A stretch of 64,000 bases of DNA from Escherichia coli (GCF_050320075.1 NZ_CP190021.1), one strand, 5' to 3'. Positions 18,432-29,265 are shown, numbered from the stretch's first letter. Notes: generated by a model not told the origin, from the letters alone. Numbers and translations are program-made.

Positions 18432-19358
18432 ATGCCAAACTGGTGCAGTAACCGTATGCATTTTTCTGGTGAACCGGCACAGATTGCTGAGATTAAACGA
18501 CTGGCCAGTGGTGCCGTCACACCGTTTTATCGCCGCGCCACAAATGAAGGTATTCAGCTGTTTCTGGCCGGAAGTGCCGGACTTCTGCAGACCACTGAAG
18601 ATGTGTGGTTTGAACCGTGCCCCGGACTGACGGCTGCCGGACGTGGCGTTGTATCGCCGGAGAATATCGCGTTCACCCGCTGGCTGACACACCTGCAGAA
18701 CGGTGTACTGCTGGATGAGCAAAACTGCCTGATGCTGCATGAACTCTGGCTGCAGAGCGGTACTGGCCAGCGTCGCTGGGAAGGATTACCGGACGATGTC
18801 AGGGATACCATCACCGCGCTTTTCACCGCAAAAAGAGGTGACTGGTGTGGCTTCTGGAGTAACGAGGATGTATCGGTGTGGTGGAACCGTCTGTGTGACA
18901 ACGTACTGCCGGAAAAAACCATGCCGTTTGACCTGCTGACGGTTCTGCCCACCCGCCTTGATGTTGAAGTGAATGGCTTTAACGGTGGTGTTCTGAACGG
19001 TGTTCCTTCTGCATATCACTGGTATACCGAACAGTATGGCGTGAAGTGGCCTTGTGGGTATGACCTGAATATCAGCAGTCAGGGAGACAACTTCATTCAG
19101 GTTGATTTCGACACGCCGTGGTGTCAGCCGGAAAGCGACGTTATTGCAGAATTAAGCCGCCGTTTCAGCTGCACGCTGGAGCACTGGTATGCCGAACAGG
19201 GCTGTGATTTCTGTGGCTGGCAGTTGTATGAGCGCGGAGAGCTCGTTGATGTGCTGTGGGGGGAGCTGGAATGGTCTTCCCCGACAGATGACGATGAGCT
19301 GCCGGAAGTCACCGGACCTGCGTGGATAGTCGACAAGGTGGCGCATTATGGCGGATGA
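18432..19358 (+). CDS. Conserved leading-region protein of unknown function (cysteine/tryptophan-rich)
   Basis: ATG at 18432 with GGAGAA RBS (MPNWCSNRMHFSGEP...); track ORF starts earlier at 18387. Confidence 0.65.
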   Translation: MPNWCSNRMHFSGEPAQIAEIKRLASGAVTPFYRRATNEGIQLFLAGSAGLLQTTEDVWFEPCPGLTAAGRGVVSPENIAFTRWLTHLQNGVLLDEQNCLMLHELWLQSGTGQRRWEGLPDDVRDTITALFTAKRGDWCGFWSNEDVSVWWNRLCDNVLPEKTMPFDLLTVLPTRLDVEVNGFNGGVLNGVPSAYHWYTEQYGVKWPCGYDLNISSQGDNFIQVDFDTPWCQPESDVIAELSRRFSCTLEHWYAEQGCDFCGWQLYERGELVDVLWGELEWSSPTDDDELPEVTGPAWIVDKVAHYGG

Positions 19359-19742
19359 AGTATGACGGAGACGGGCGGGCTACCGCCCGTTTCTTTTCCG
19401 GTAAAGGATGTCGCCGTGCTCCTCTTTTTACTGCGCCGGCTGACGCGGCGCGGCATAAACGCTGCCTGTGGTCAGTGTCCCGCGTCCGGCCGGGCACGGG
19501 ACGGGCGCTTTTACCGCTCCCGGCTGGCGTCGGTGACAGTGTACGCCAGCCTGTCGCCCTTTTCTGATGAACGCCCTTCAAGCCGCTTTCGCGGCATAAC
19601 CTTGCCGTCAGAAAGACGACGGCTGCGGTATTCCACGGTCGGCCTGACCCGTTACCGGACGCGGTGAACAGCCCACAGGCAGCGGGGAACGGGCACCACA
19701 GGGGTGCCCTCCCGGTGCCCTCTGTAAGAGAAGGAGTTTGGT

Positions 19743-20426
19743 ATGTCCCGTTTTGTCCTCGGTAACTGCATCGATGTTATGGCCCGTATCCCTGATAACG
19801 CCATTGATTTCATCCTCACCGACCCGCCATATCTCGTCGGTTTCCGTGACCGTTCCGGGCGCACCATCGCCGGCGATAAAACCGATGAGTGGCTGCAACC
19901 GGCCTGTAATGAAATGTTCCGCGTACTGAAAAAAGACGCGTTAATGGTGAGCTTCTACGGCTGGAACCGCGTCGATCGCTTTATGGCCGCCTGGAAAAAT
20001 GCGGGATTCAGCGTTGTTGGTCACCTGGTCTTCACCAAAAACTACACATCGAAGGCCGCATATGTGGGCTATCGCCACGAATGCGCCTACATCCTGGCAA
20101 AAGGCCGTCCACGTCTGCCACAAAACCCGCTGCCGGACGTGCTGGGCTGGAAATATTCGGGCAATCGCCATCACCCGACGGAAAAGCCCGTTACCAGCCT
20201 GCAACCGCTGATTGAGAACTTCACACACCCGAACGCAATTGTGCTGGACCCGTTTGCAGGCAGCGGCTCAACCTGCGTCGCCGCCCTCCAGTCCGGACGC
20301 CGGTATATCGGTATCGAGCTGCTTGAGCAGTATCACCGTGCCGGGCAGCAACGCCTTGCCGCCGTGCAACGGGCCATGCAGCAGGGGGCCGCGAATGATG
20401 ACTGGTTTATGCCGGAGGCTGCGTAA
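19743..20426 (+). CDS. Orphan beta-class DNA amino-methyltransferase (N6-adenine or N4-cytosine)
   Basis: Motif IV DPPY at residues 27-30 precedes motif I (LDPFAGSGST) near the C-terminus; no restriction endonuclease gene adjacent. Confidence 0.85.
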   Translation: MSRFVLGNCIDVMARIPDNAIDFILTDPPYLVGFRDRSGRTIAGDKTDEWLQPACNEMFRVLKKDALMVSFYGWNRVDRFMAAWKNAGFSVVGHLVFTKNYTSKAAYVGYRHECAYILAKGRPRLPQNPLPDVLGWKYSGNRHHPTEKPVTSLQPLIENFTHPNAIVLDPFAGSGSTCVAALQSGRRYIGIELLEQYHRAGQQRLAAVQRAMQQGAANDDWFMPEAA

Positions 20427-20648
20427 ATGAACTATGCAGGACACGAAAAACTGCGCGCCGAAGTGGCGGAGGTGGCCAATGCCATGTGCGACCTGCGTAC
20501 AACCATGAATGAGATGGAGCAGCGGTACAGCTTTAATGCCGACACCCTGCCGGAACGTCTGGTGCGTCAGACGCTGTTTCGCGCAAACCGCCTCCTGATG
20601 GAGGCATATACCGAAATTCTGGAACTGGAAGCGTGCTTTAAAGATTGA
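20427..20648 (+). CDS. Hypothetical small protein coupled to the methyltransferase
   Basis: 73-aa ORF starting at the MTase stop (TAAATG). Confidence 0.5.
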   Translation: MNYAGHEKLRAEVAEVANAMCDLRTTMNEMEQRYSFNADTLPERLVRQTLFRANRLLMEAYTEILELEACFKD

Positions 20649-20661
20649 GAAGGAGACGAGA

Positions 20662-21096
20662 ATGTACGGAACATGCGAAACGCTATGCCGGGAGCTGGCA
20701 GTAAAGTATCCGGGAGACATGCCGCTGATGCTGGTTATCTGGTCCCCGGAAGAGATTCAGGCCCTCGCTGACGGAATGGATATTTCCCTGTCCGATCATG
20801 AAATCAGAACCGTCCTGGCGCGCCTGGAGGACATCCCGGAAGACCAGCGGACTGAATCCGGTATTTCTTCCGGCGTGGCGATGGAGATCATCAATAACGT
20901 GAGCGAAAACCGCCAGGTGACCGTCCCTGCTGAACTGCTGGCGTCCCTGATTCAGACCGCTGAACAGGCATTGTGGAAACGTGAATGGGCCGCCCGGGAT
21001 CATGGCCTCGCCGTCCCGGAATGCGTCACCCGCCGTCAGGCGGTGATTAATCAGGCCCGCACCCTGCTGAAAAACAACAGACACGAAAACGACTGA
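20662..21096 (+). CDS. Hypothetical protein, paralog of the 22808-23230 gene
   Basis: 144-aa ORF with RBS AAGGAGACGAGAA-ATG identical to that of the paralog; shared RQVTVPA motif. Confidence 0.65.
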   Translation: MYGTCETLCRELAVKYPGDMPLMLVIWSPEEIQALADGMDISLSDHEIRTVLARLEDIPEDQRTESGISSGVAMEIINNVSENRQVTVPAELLASLIQTAEQALWKREWAARDHGLAVPECVTRRQAVINQARTLLKNNRHEND

Positions 21097-21141
21097 TGTT
21101 ATCGCCGCCTCCGGGCGGCGATTCAGGGAGAACGATTAATC

Positions 21142-21918
21142 ATGAACGAAAACACAACACTGAACGCACTGATTTGTCGTCACGCCCGCAACCTGCTGCT
21201 GGCGCAGGGCTGGCCGGAAGAGACGGATGTTGACCAGCGGAACCCGAACCATCCGGGCTGGATCAGCATTTATGTTCTGCTGGATGCGCCCCGGCTGGCG
21301 ACGTTACTTATCAACCGTCACGGCGGCGCACTGCCGCCGCTCCTGGCCTCCGCCATTCACAAACTGACCGGAACCGGGGCGGAACTTGTACTGTCCGGCA
21401 GTCAGTGGCAGTCGCTGCCGGTACTTCCGGCAGACGGAACGCAGGTGTCTTTCCCGTATGCCGGTGAGTGGCTGGCAGAGGACGAAATCAGGGCAGTTCT
21501 TGATGCGGTACGCGATGCAGTACGCTGTGTCAGTTACCAGGTGGCAGAAGATACGCGGCGTATCCGGGCGGCGCTGACCACCACCGGTCAGACGTTACTG
21601 ACCCGCCAGACGCGCCGCTTTCGCCTGGTCGTGAAGGAGAGCGATCACCCCTGCTGGCTCGATGAGGACGACGAAAACCTGCCCGTGGTGCTCGACGCCA
21701 TCCTGAACCGGGGCGCACGTTTTTCGGCGGTGGAAATGTATCTGGTCAGCGATTGTATTGAACATATCCTGTCCAGTTGGCTGGCCTGGGATGTGCTGCG
21801 TATACCGGATGAACCGCCCCGCCGCTGGTTTGACCGTGGTGTTCTGCGGGAGGTGGTCCGGGAAGCCCGGAACGAAATCCGCAGCATGGCGGATGCCCTG
21901 GCAAAAATCCGGAAATGA
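21142..21918 (+). CDS. Hypothetical protein
   Basis: 258-aa ORF with GGGAGA RBS. Confidence 0.6.
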   Translation: MNENTTLNALICRHARNLLLAQGWPEETDVDQRNPNHPGWISIYVLLDAPRLATLLINRHGGALPPLLASAIHKLTGTGAELVLSGSQWQSLPVLPADGTQVSFPYAGEWLAEDEIRAVLDAVRDAVRCVSYQVAEDTRRIRAALTTTGQTLLTRQTRRFRLVVKESDHPCWLDEDDENLPVVLDAILNRGARFSAVEMYLVSDCIEHILSSWLAWDVLRIPDEPPRRWFDRGVLREVVREARNEIRSMADALAKIRK

Positions 21919-21974
21919 TGACACTGGCGGGGTAAATCCCCGCCTTTTTCCTGCCGGTCCCCGGACAGAGCACA

Positions 21975-22315
21975 AAGGACGTCGCCGCCGGCTCCGCTTT
22001 ACCCGGCCATGCAGGGCATGGCCTTGTGGTTTTTCAGTTATGTGGCCGCCGTGTCGTGTGCGGGCTGTGCCGTGCCTCCATCTTAGCCGGGCTGGCAGGG
22101 ATGCAAGGGTACGCTTCGCCGCTGCGGTCACCCGGTCCCTCCTTCCCGTCTGCCGTGATTTTCCGGTCGTTCACCCGCTCAGATTTCGCGGTCTCACCCT
22201 CCAACTCCCGCCAGCCGTGTGCGTCAGGCTGCGGCTTCCCTTGCGCCCTGTGCATCCCCACCTTATCGCCCGGCTTTTATGGAGGCACGGCACCGCCCGG
22301 TGTCGCGGAATATGT
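21975..22315. repeat. Leading-region repeat family A, copy 1 (~340 bp), candidate ssDNA promoter (Frpo/ssi-like)
   Basis: Near-identical to 28922-29265; ends immediately upstream of the KlcA-like gene. Confidence 0.65.
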
Positions 22316-22335
22316 GAACAACGGAGGAAAACATC

Positions 22336-22761
22336 ATGCAATATGCGAAACCTGTCACTCTGAACGTTGAAGAGTGCGACCGTCTGTCTTTTCTGCCTTA
22401 CCTGTTTGGCCAGGATTTTCTGTATGCCGAAGCGTCTGTATACGCGCTGGCGAAACAAATGATGCCGGAATATGAAGGCGGATTCTGGCACTTCATCCGA
22501 CTGCCGGACGGTGGCGGTTACATGATGCCGGATGGCGACCGTTTTCACATGGTGAACGGTGCAAACTGGTTTGACCGTACCGTGAGTGCTGATGCCGCAG
22601 GCATCATCCTTACCTCCCTTGTGATTAACCGCCAGTTGTGGCTGTACCACGACAGCGGGGATGCAGGACTGACCCAGCTTTACCGGATGCGCGATGCGCA
22701 GTTGTGGCGTCACATCGAATTTCACCCTGAATGCAACGCGATTTACGCAGCACTGGACTGA
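22336..22761 (+). CDS. klcA: KlcA/ArdB-family anti-restriction protein
   Basis: 141-aa ORF with pattern LSFLPYLFG...[19 protein letters not shown]...[10 protein letters not shown] resembling RK2 KlcA from memory. Confidence 0.75.
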   Translation: MQYAKPVTLNVEECDRLSFLPYLFGQDFLYAEASVYALAKQMMPEYEGGFWHFIRLPDGGGYMMPDGDRFHMVNGANWFDRTVSADAAGIILTSLVINRQLWLYHDSGDAGLTQLYRMRDAQLWRHIEFHPECNAIYAALD

Positions 22762-22807
22762 TTAACGGACGGGGCGGCAATGCCGCCCCTGTAAAGGAGA
22801 CGAGAAC

Positions 22808-23230
22808 ATGTACTGTACTGTTAAAGAAATTATCCGCGATGTACTGGATACAGACGTGCCGGACAGTGAATGCGTTTTTGCCGTGGTGCTGACCCGTGGG
22901 GATGTGCGCCACATAGCCCAGGACTGGAGTCTGACAGACGATGAGCTGGAAACCGTCATGCAGCGGCTGGACGATGCCTTTGAATATGGTGCGGATGTCA
23001 GCGTTGTTCACGGCGTTGTTCGTGAACTGATGGAAGAAAAGCGCGCCAGCCGTCAGGTGACAGTCCCGGCGGTGATGCTGGAAAAAGTGTTGGCGCTGGC
23101 AGGCAGTGAAATGAAGCGCCTGTATGCCGTCGGGAGTGAGAACGGGGGCGACGGTGATGCGTTCGTCAGGGAAGAACGCGAAGCAATGGACGTTGTGTTA
23201 CAGGCGCTGGACGGGGAGCACATGTCATGA
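22808..23230 (+). CDS. Hypothetical protein, paralog of the 20662-21096 gene
   Basis: 140-aa ORF; shared RBS and RQVTVPA motif. Confidence 0.65.
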   Translation: MYCTVKEIIRDVLDTDVPDSECVFAVVLTRGDVRHIAQDWSLTDDELETVMQRLDDAFEYGADVSVVHGVVRELMEEKRASRQVTVPAVMLEKVLALAGSEMKRLYAVGSENGGDGDAFVREEREAMDVVLQALDGEHMS

Positions 23231-23418
23231 ATATCAGCACAGAAACCCGCGAAATTCTGCGCAATTACAAAGCCGTGATTAATGCGCGGCGTCGTGAAAT
23301 GGGGCAGAAACCGCTCACCACTGCGCAGATTGTTGATGAAATCTGCGATTTTGTGGCGAATCAGCAGGCGGTTTTCCTCGGTGGTCACTATATCCTTCAG
23401 GGCAGCAGAAACAGGTGA
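23227..23418 (+). CDS. Hypothetical small protein, translationally coupled (TCATGA overlap)
   Basis: 63-aa ORF. Confidence 0.4.
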   Translation: MNISTETREILRNYKAVINARRREMGQKPLTTAQIVDEICDFVANQQAVFLGGHYILQGSRNR

Positions 23419-23620
23419 TACAGGGCAGGCGGTGGAGGCCGCCTGTCAGCCCGCGCGAAAACCCCTGGCAGGCTGACGCCTGCCGGAAATGCGGGGTGCA
23501 GCGCCTGCGGCGCTGCCGGCCCGGCTTTCCGGTCAGAAGGTAGTGTATGGCTGTATGCAGGGAACAGGTGTGATATTCCGTGACACTGTCACCGTTTCTG
23601 GCTGTCTTTTATTGCGCCCA

Positions 23621-24125
23621 CTTCGGCTCCCGGCTGCCTGGCGGCATCCGGTCGTCAGGCCCGACTCCGACAGGCAGCTGCTGGCGCACCCGCCAGTCTC
23701 CGCCGAACCCGCTGGCGCGGTTTCGGGCTGCCGCTACGGTCCGATGCGTGAAAACCCGGCTTGCAGCGACCGTTCCGGTCGCGCCGCCCCTGTCGCGCCG
23801 TGACCTGCGCTCCCTGCACACCTGACGGTGTGTGAGGAAACTGCGCCTGATGGCGCAGCAGTCTTCCCTCCTGCCACCACCCCTGCGGCCTGTTTCCCGC
23901 TGTGGACTTTCCGGGGGGCAGACGTAACCCCCTCCCGTTCCATCTGTCCAGGGTGAGATGCACCGGCCACAAAATTTTTAGCCATGAACCCGGCTAAAAA
24001 TTTTGCGTCCGCCCCCGGACAGCTGTCCCGTGAGGCGGTAAACGGGCCCCCATCGGAAAGGTCCACTGCGGGGAGAAACCCCTGTGAAGTGGACGGCAGG
24101 AGGAGCTTTCGCTCCTCTGAAGGGG
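23621..24125. repeat. Leading-region repeat family B, copy 1 (~505 bp), candidate ssDNA promoter upstream of ssb
   Basis: Highly similar to 29964-30465 and partly to 33013-33345; contains a 14-bp perfect hairpin CAAAATTTTTAGCC-N8-GGCTAAAAATTTTG. Confidence 0.65.
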
Positions 24126-24186
24126 CACATGAACGTCCCGTCGCCGGTATCCGGTTTATCTCACATCTTTCAGTCAGGAGGTTCTT

Positions 24187-24714
24187 ATGAGTGCACGTGG
24201 TATCAACAAGGTCATCCTCGTCGGGCGTCTGGGCAATGATCCGGAAGTCCGTTACATCCCCAACGGGGGCGCAGTGGCAAACCTGCAGGTGGCCACATCA
24301 GAAAGCTGGCGTGACAAACAGACGGGGGAGATGCGGGAGCAGACGGAATGGCACCGCGTGGTGCTGTTCGGCAAGCTCGCGGAAGTGGCAGGTGAATATC
24401 TGCGCAAGGGTGCGCAGGTCTACATCGAAGGTCAGCTTCGCACCCGTAGCTGGGAAGATAACGGTATCACCCGTTACGTCACTGAAATTCTTGTTAAGAC
24501 CACGGGCACCGTGCAGATGCTGGGACGTGCACCACAGCAGAACGCTCAGGCGCAACCGAAGCCTCAGCAGAATGGGCAGCCACAGAGTGCTGACGCGACG
24601 AAAAAAGGTGGCGCGAAAACGAAAGGCCGTGGACGTAAGGCCGCGCAGCCAGAGCCTCAGCCGCAACCGCCGGAGGGGGAGGATTACGGGTTTTCAGACG
24701 ATATCCCGTTCTGA
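24187..24714 (+). CDS. ssb: Single-stranded DNA-binding protein
   Basis: 175-aa [36 protein letters not shown]... with Q/P-rich linker and acidic DDIPF tail. Confidence 0.95.
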   Translation: MSARGINKVILVGRLGNDPEVRYIPNGGAVANLQVATSESWRDKQTGEMREQTEWHRVVLFGKLAEVAGEYLRKGAQVYIEGQLRTRSWEDNGITRYVTEILVKTTGTVQMLGRAPQQNAQAQPKPQQNGQPQSADATKKGGAKTKGRGRKAAQPEPQPQPPEGEDYGFSDDIPF

Positions 24715-24765
24715 CTGGCCTGACTGTGATAACCGCCCCGCCCTGCGCGGGGCATCACCGGAGAG

Positions 24766-25005
24766 ATGAGGATGAGCGAATATTTCAGAATACTTCAGGG
24801 ACTGCCGGACGGCTCCTTTACCCGCGAACAGGCGGAAGCCGTTGCCGCACAGTACCGGAACGTCTTTATCGAGGATGATCAGGGAACGCATTTTCGCCTG
24901 GTTGTCCGTCAGGATGGCACGTTGATCTGGCGCTCCTGGAATTTTGAGGACTGTGCCGGGTACTGGATGAACCAGTACATCAGGGATTTCGGGATTCTTA
25001 AGTAA
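24766..25005 (+). CDS. Hypothetical small protein
   Basis: 79-aa ORF between ssb and the ParB-like gene. Confidence 0.5.
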   Translation: MRMSEYFRILQGLPDGSFTREQAEAVAAQYRNVFIEDDQGTHFRLVVRQDGTLIWRSWNFEDCAGYWMNQYIRDFGILK

Positions 25006-25057
25006 GAGAGGTGCCGGACGCGCGAACGTCCGGCAGGACATAAGCAATTATAAGGGG

Positions 25058-27022
25058 ATGATTATGCCTGTAACGAAGTGTGAACCAGAAACCACCCGCA
25101 AAGCAAGCCGTAAATCTGTAAAAACGCAGGAAACTGTCCTGTCTGCCCTGCTGGCGCAGACGGAGGAAGTGAGCGTGCCGCTGGCCTCGCTGATTAAATC
25201 ACCGCTGAATGTGCGCACGGTGCCGTATTCTGCGGAGTCCGTCAGCGAACTGGCGGAGTCCATTAAGGGCGTCGGACTGCTGCAGAATCTGGTCGTGCAT
25301 ACCCTGCCTGGTGACCGTTACGGTGTCGCCGCAGGTGGTCGCCGACTGGCTGCACTCAACATGCTGGCAGAGCGTGGCATCATTCCGGCTGACTGGCCTG
25401 TACGCGTGAAGGTTATTCCGCAGGAGCTGGCGACGGCTGCATCAATGACTGAAAACGGTCATCGTCGGGATATGCACCCTGCCGAACAGATTGCCGGATT
25501 CCGTGCGATGGCGCAGGAAGGCAAAACGCCTGCACAAATCGGTGATTTGCTGGGCTATTCGCCCCGCCACGTTCAGCGAATGCTGAAACTGGCAGACCTT
25601 GCGCCTGTCATCCTCGATGCGCTGGCAGAAGACCGCATCACCACAGAGCACTGTCAGGCGCTGGCGCTGGAGAACGACACCGCGCGTCAGGTGCAGGTGT
25701 TTGAAGCCGCCTGCCAGTCGGGATGGGGCGGTAAACCGGAAGTACAGACCATTCGTCGTCTGGTGACCGAAAGTGAAGTGGCGGTGGCAGGTAACAGTAA
25801 ATTCCGCTTCGTGGGGGCTGATGCTTTCTCACCTGACGAACTGCGTACTGATTTGTTCAGCGATGACGGGGACGGTTATGTCGACCGCGTGGCGCTCGAT
25901 GCTGCCCTGCTGGAAAAACTCCAGGCTGTCGCTGAACACCTTCGGGAAGCCGAAGGCTGGGAATGGTGCGCCGGACGCATGGAGCCTGTCGGTGAGTGCC
26001 GTGAGGATGCCGGAACATACCGCTGTCTGCCGGAGCCGGAAGCGGTGCTGACGGAGGCAGAAGAAGAACGCCTGAACGAACTGATGACGCGTTACGACGC
26101 GCTGGAAAACCAGTGTGAGGAATCCGACCTGCTGGAAGCAGAAATGAAGCTGATGCGCTGCATGGCGAAGGTCAGGGCGTGGACGCCGGAGATGCGTGCC
26201 GGAAGTGGCGTGGTGGTGTCCTGGCGTTATGGAAACGTATGTGTCCAGCGTGGTGTGCAGTTGCGCAGTGAAGATGACGCGACTGATGACGCTGACCGCA
26301 CGGAACAGGTGCAGGAGAAAGCGTCAGTGGAGGAAATCAGTCTGCCGTTGCTGACGAAAATGTCTTCCGAACGCACGCTGGCAGTCCAGGCAGCACTGAT
26401 GCAGCAACCGGACAAATCTCTGGCACTGCTGGCATGGACGCTCTGCCTGAATGTGTTTGACAGCGGAGCGTACAGTAAACCAGCACAAATCAGCCTGGAA
26501 TGTAAACATTATTCGCTGACCAGCGATGCGCCGTCAGGGAAGGAAGGTGCCGCATTCCTGGCGCTGATGGCAGAAAAAGCCCGTCTTGCGGCCCTGTTAC
26601 CGGAGGGATGGTCACGGGACATGACGACGTTCCTGTCACTCAGTCAGGAGGTGCTGTTATCCCTGCTCAGTTTCTGCACCGCATGCAGCCTTAACGGTGT
26701 CCAGACCCGCGAGTGTGGTCGCACGTCACGCAGTCCGCTTGACTCACTGGAGAGCGCCATCGGTTTTCACATGCGCGACTGGTGGCAGCCGACGAAAGCA
26801 AACTTCTTCGGACACCTGAAAAAGCCGCAGATTATCGCAGCCCTGAATGATGCCGGACTGTCCGGTGCCGCACGGGACGCAGAGAAGATGAAGAAAGGCG
26901 ATGCCGCTGAACATGCAGAGTTCCATATGAAAGACAACCGCTGGGTGCCTGGCTGGATGTGTTCACCACGTCCACAGACGGATGCCACTGAACGCGCCGA
27001 TAACCTGGCTGATGCCGCCTGA
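25058..27022 (+). CDS. ParB/Srx-like N-terminal domain protein of the leading region
   Basis: 654-aa ORF; N-terminal region has a ParB-box-like GGRRLAA motif and an HTH-like segment. Confidence 0.75.
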   Translation: MIMPVTKCEPETTRKASRKSVKTQETVLSALLAQTEEVSVPLASLIKSPLNVRTVPYSAESVSELAESIKGVGLLQNLVVHTLPGDRYGVAAGGRRLAALNMLAERGIIPADWPVRVKVIPQELATAASMTENGHRRDMHPAEQIAGFRAMAQEGKTPAQIGDLLGYSPRHVQRMLKLADLAPVILDALAEDRITTEHCQALALENDTARQVQVFEAACQSGWGGKPEVQTIRRLVTESEVAVAGNSKFRFVGADAFSPDELRTDLFSDDGDGYVDRVALDAALLEKLQAVAEHLREAEGWEWCAGRMEPVGECREDAGTYRCLPEPEAVLTEAEEERLNELMTRYDALENQCEESDLLEAEMKLMRCMAKVRAWTPEMRAGSGVVVSWRYGNVCVQRGVQLRSEDDATDDADRTEQVQEKASVEEISLPLLTKMSSERTLAVQAALMQQPDKSLALLAWTLCLNVFDSGAYSKPAQISLECKHYSLTSDAPSGKEGAAFLALMAEKARLAALLPEGWSRDMTTFLSLSQEVLLSLLSFCTACSLNGVQTRECGRTSRSPLDSLESAIGFHMRDWWQPTKANFFGHLKKPQIIAALNDAGLSGAARDAEKMKKGDAAEHAEFHMKDNRWVPGWMCSPRPQTDATERADNLADAA

Positions 27023-27073
27023 TGAACAACCACACCGCCCCGCCGGAGACGGGGCGGCAGAGGGAGAAATACG

Positions 27074-27511
27074 ATGATGAATACCGAACTGACACTGAAT
27101 GCCCTGCAGTCCATGAATGCCCAGGAATATGAAGAAATCCGTGCTGCGGGAAGCGATATGCGCCGTAATCTCACTCACGAGGTGATGCGTAAAGTGGACG
27201 CACCGGCTAACTGGATGATGAACGGAGAGTATGGCAGCGAGTTCGGGGGCTTTTTCCCCGTCCAGGTTCGTTTCACGCCAGCCCACGAACGTTTCCACCT
27301 GGCATTATGTTCGCCGGGAGACGTCTCTCAGCTCTGGATGCTGGTTCTGGTGAATGGTGGTGGACAGCCTTTCGCCGTCGTTCAGGTGCAACATATCTTC
27401 ACGCCTGCCGCGATCAGTCACACGCTGGCGCTTGCCGCGACACTGGATGCGCAGGGATACAGTGTTAACGACATCATCCATATCCTGATGGCAGAAGGAG
27501 GTCAGGCATGA
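27074..27511 (+). CDS. psiB: Plasmid SOS inhibition protein PsiB
   Basis: 145-aa ORF recognised from memory; immediately followed by psiA. Confidence 0.9.
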   Translation: MMNTELTLNALQSMNAQEYEEIRAAGSDMRRNLTHEVMRKVDAPANWMMNGEYGSEFGGFFPVQVRFTPAHERFHLALCSPGDVSQLWMLVLVNGGGQPFAVVQVQHIFTPAAISHTLALAATLDAQGYSVNDIIHILMAEGGQA

Positions 27512-28227
27512 GCGCACGTTCACGGGCACTGATCCCCCTCAGCGCAGAACAACAGGCCGCCATGCAGGCGGTGGCTGTCACAGAACAACGTCGTCGTCAG
27601 GGACGCACACTTTCAGCATGGCCTTATGCCACCGCTTTCTTTCGCTGCCTGAATGGCAGTCGCCGGATTTCGCTGACCGATCTCCGCTTTTTTGCCCCTG
27701 CGCTGACGAAGGAGGAATTTCATGGCAACCGTCTCCTGTGGCTGGCTGCCGTGGATAAACTGATTGAAAGTTTTGGGGAAGTCTGTGTTCTTCCCCTGCC
27801 ATCCGATGCGGGGCACCGTCTGTTCCCGTCCGTGCCTTTTCGTGAAGGTGAGCGTCGTCGTCAGAAAACCACGCTGACAGAGCAGAAATACAGCCGCCAG
27901 CGGGAACGTGAGGCAGAACGACGGGAACTGGAATACCAGACATGTTTTGCTCAGGCGCAGATTGACCTTGCGTTTCATACTCCCGCCACGGTCGGAAGCT
28001 GGTTGTCCCGCTGGTCTGGTGTTGTTGAGGAGCATGATCTGGAAACGATTTTCTGGGGGTGGTGCGGGCGTTTTCCATCACTGTCATCATTTGACCGGTT
28101 TTTCTGGCAGGAGGAACCACTCTGGCGGCTGATTTTTGAAGCCGGTGAGGCCGGTCGTGGTGCACCGGTACAGGTACGTGCACTTGAGCAGTGGATGATC
28201 CCGAACAAGCTGGAGAACGTAATATGA
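27508..28227 (+). CDS. psiA: Plasmid SOS inhibition protein PsiA
   Basis: 239-aa ORF overlapping the psiB stop (ATGA). Confidence 0.9.
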   Translation: MSARSRALIPLSAEQQAAMQAVAVTEQRRRQGRTLSAWPYATAFFRCLNGSRRISLTDLRFFAPALTKEEFHGNRLLWLAAVDKLIESFGEVCVLPLPSDAGHRLFPSVPFREGERRRQKTTLTEQKYSRQREREAERRELEYQTCFAQAQIDLAFHTPATVGSWLSRWSGVVEEHDLETIFWGWCGRFPSLSSFDRFFWQEEPLWRLIFEAGEAGRGAPVQVRALEQWMIPNKLENVI

Positions 28228-28820
28228 TGAAATCAGACGAAAAATACCAGGTTCCCGCGTGGATGCGACCTCTGTTGCCGTTGCTCTGCAACACCGGGGG
28301 GAACGATCCGGAAGAACTGCTGAATGATACAGAAACCACTGCCAGTGCGAATGTTGTCCGTTATGTACTGATAGTTGCTGTGCGGTCGCAGGTTGATCTG
28401 CTGCAGCTTCTGTACAGGAAAGGGCTGTTGCGCACAGAGATACCAGGTGGCTTTTCACCGGAAGAAGCGCAGGCACTCCTGGATAATCTGGTGCGCAGCC
28501 ATATCAGCAAGGCGCTGTCGGGCGAGCGAATGGCAGCCCGTGACAGAAATGCCGATCTGGCCTGGATTGGACAGCAACTGGTCGATGACGCCTGGTTTGT
28601 CCGTGCCACACTGGAAGCGCATGGGATGAGCGTCGGAAATGAGAGTCCCCCTGCTCCGCCGGAGACAATGCCGGACATACAGACACGGGAACTGGTGATG
28701 TTGATCAAGCGACTGGCATCATCGCTGAAAGCGGTGAAACCGGACAGTTGTGTGGTGCGTGAAGCGCAGGACTGGCTGCGCGACAGAAAACTTGTGGATA
28801 TCACAGATATTCTCCGGTGA
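28224..28820 (+). CDS. Hypothetical protein translationally coupled to psiA
   Basis: ATGATGA overlap with psiA stop; 198 aa from ATG 28224 (track ORF starts at 28191). Confidence 0.55.
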   Translation: MMKSDEKYQVPAWMRPLLPLLCNTGGNDPEELLNDTETTASANVVRYVLIVAVRSQVDLLQLLYRKGLLRTEIPGGFSPEEAQALLDNLVRSHISKALSGERMAARDRNADLAWIGQQLVDDAWFVRATLEAHGMSVGNESPPAPPETMPDIQTRELVMLIKRLASSLKAVKPDSCVVREAQDWLRDRKLVDITDILR

Positions 28821-28921
28821 ACCAGGCATGTATATTTTACGCAGGGACACGCCGATCATGATCGTTTCATATCAGGGGTGGTCTGGAGGTCATGCGGCGT
28901 GTCCTCTGCACTCGCCGGAAT

Positions 28922-29265
28922 AAGGAAGTCGCCGGCGGCTCCGCTTTTACCCGGCCATGCGGGGCATGGCCTTGTGGGGTTTCAGCTCTGTGGCCTCAGC
29001 GTCGTGTGCGGGCTGTGCCGTGCCTCCATCTTAGCCGGGCTGGCAGGGATGCAAGGGTACGCTTCGCCGCTGCGGTCACCCGGTCCCTCCTTCCCGTCTG
29101 CCGTGATTTTCCGGTCGTTCGTCCGCTCAGGTTTCGCGGCCTCACCCTGCAACTCCCGTCAGCCGTGTGCGTCAGGCTGCGGCTTCCCTTGCGCCCCTGC
29201 ATCCCCGCCTTATCGCCCGGCTTTTATGGAGGCACGGCACCGCCCGGTGTCGCAGAACATGTGAC
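28922..29265. repeat. Leading-region repeat family A, copy 2, candidate ssDNA promoter upstream of ardA
   Basis: Near-identical to 21975-22315. Confidence 0.65.

Noticed and set aside
22026-22370. ORFs predicted inside repeat families A and B (e.g. 22026-22370, 28878-29264, 23489-24066, 29922-30406, 32869-33385)
   Set aside because: Their apparent protein conservation is explained by DNA repeat copies; no RBS or start context, Arg/Pro/Gly/Cys-rich translations, and they overlap candidate structured ssDNA promoter elements
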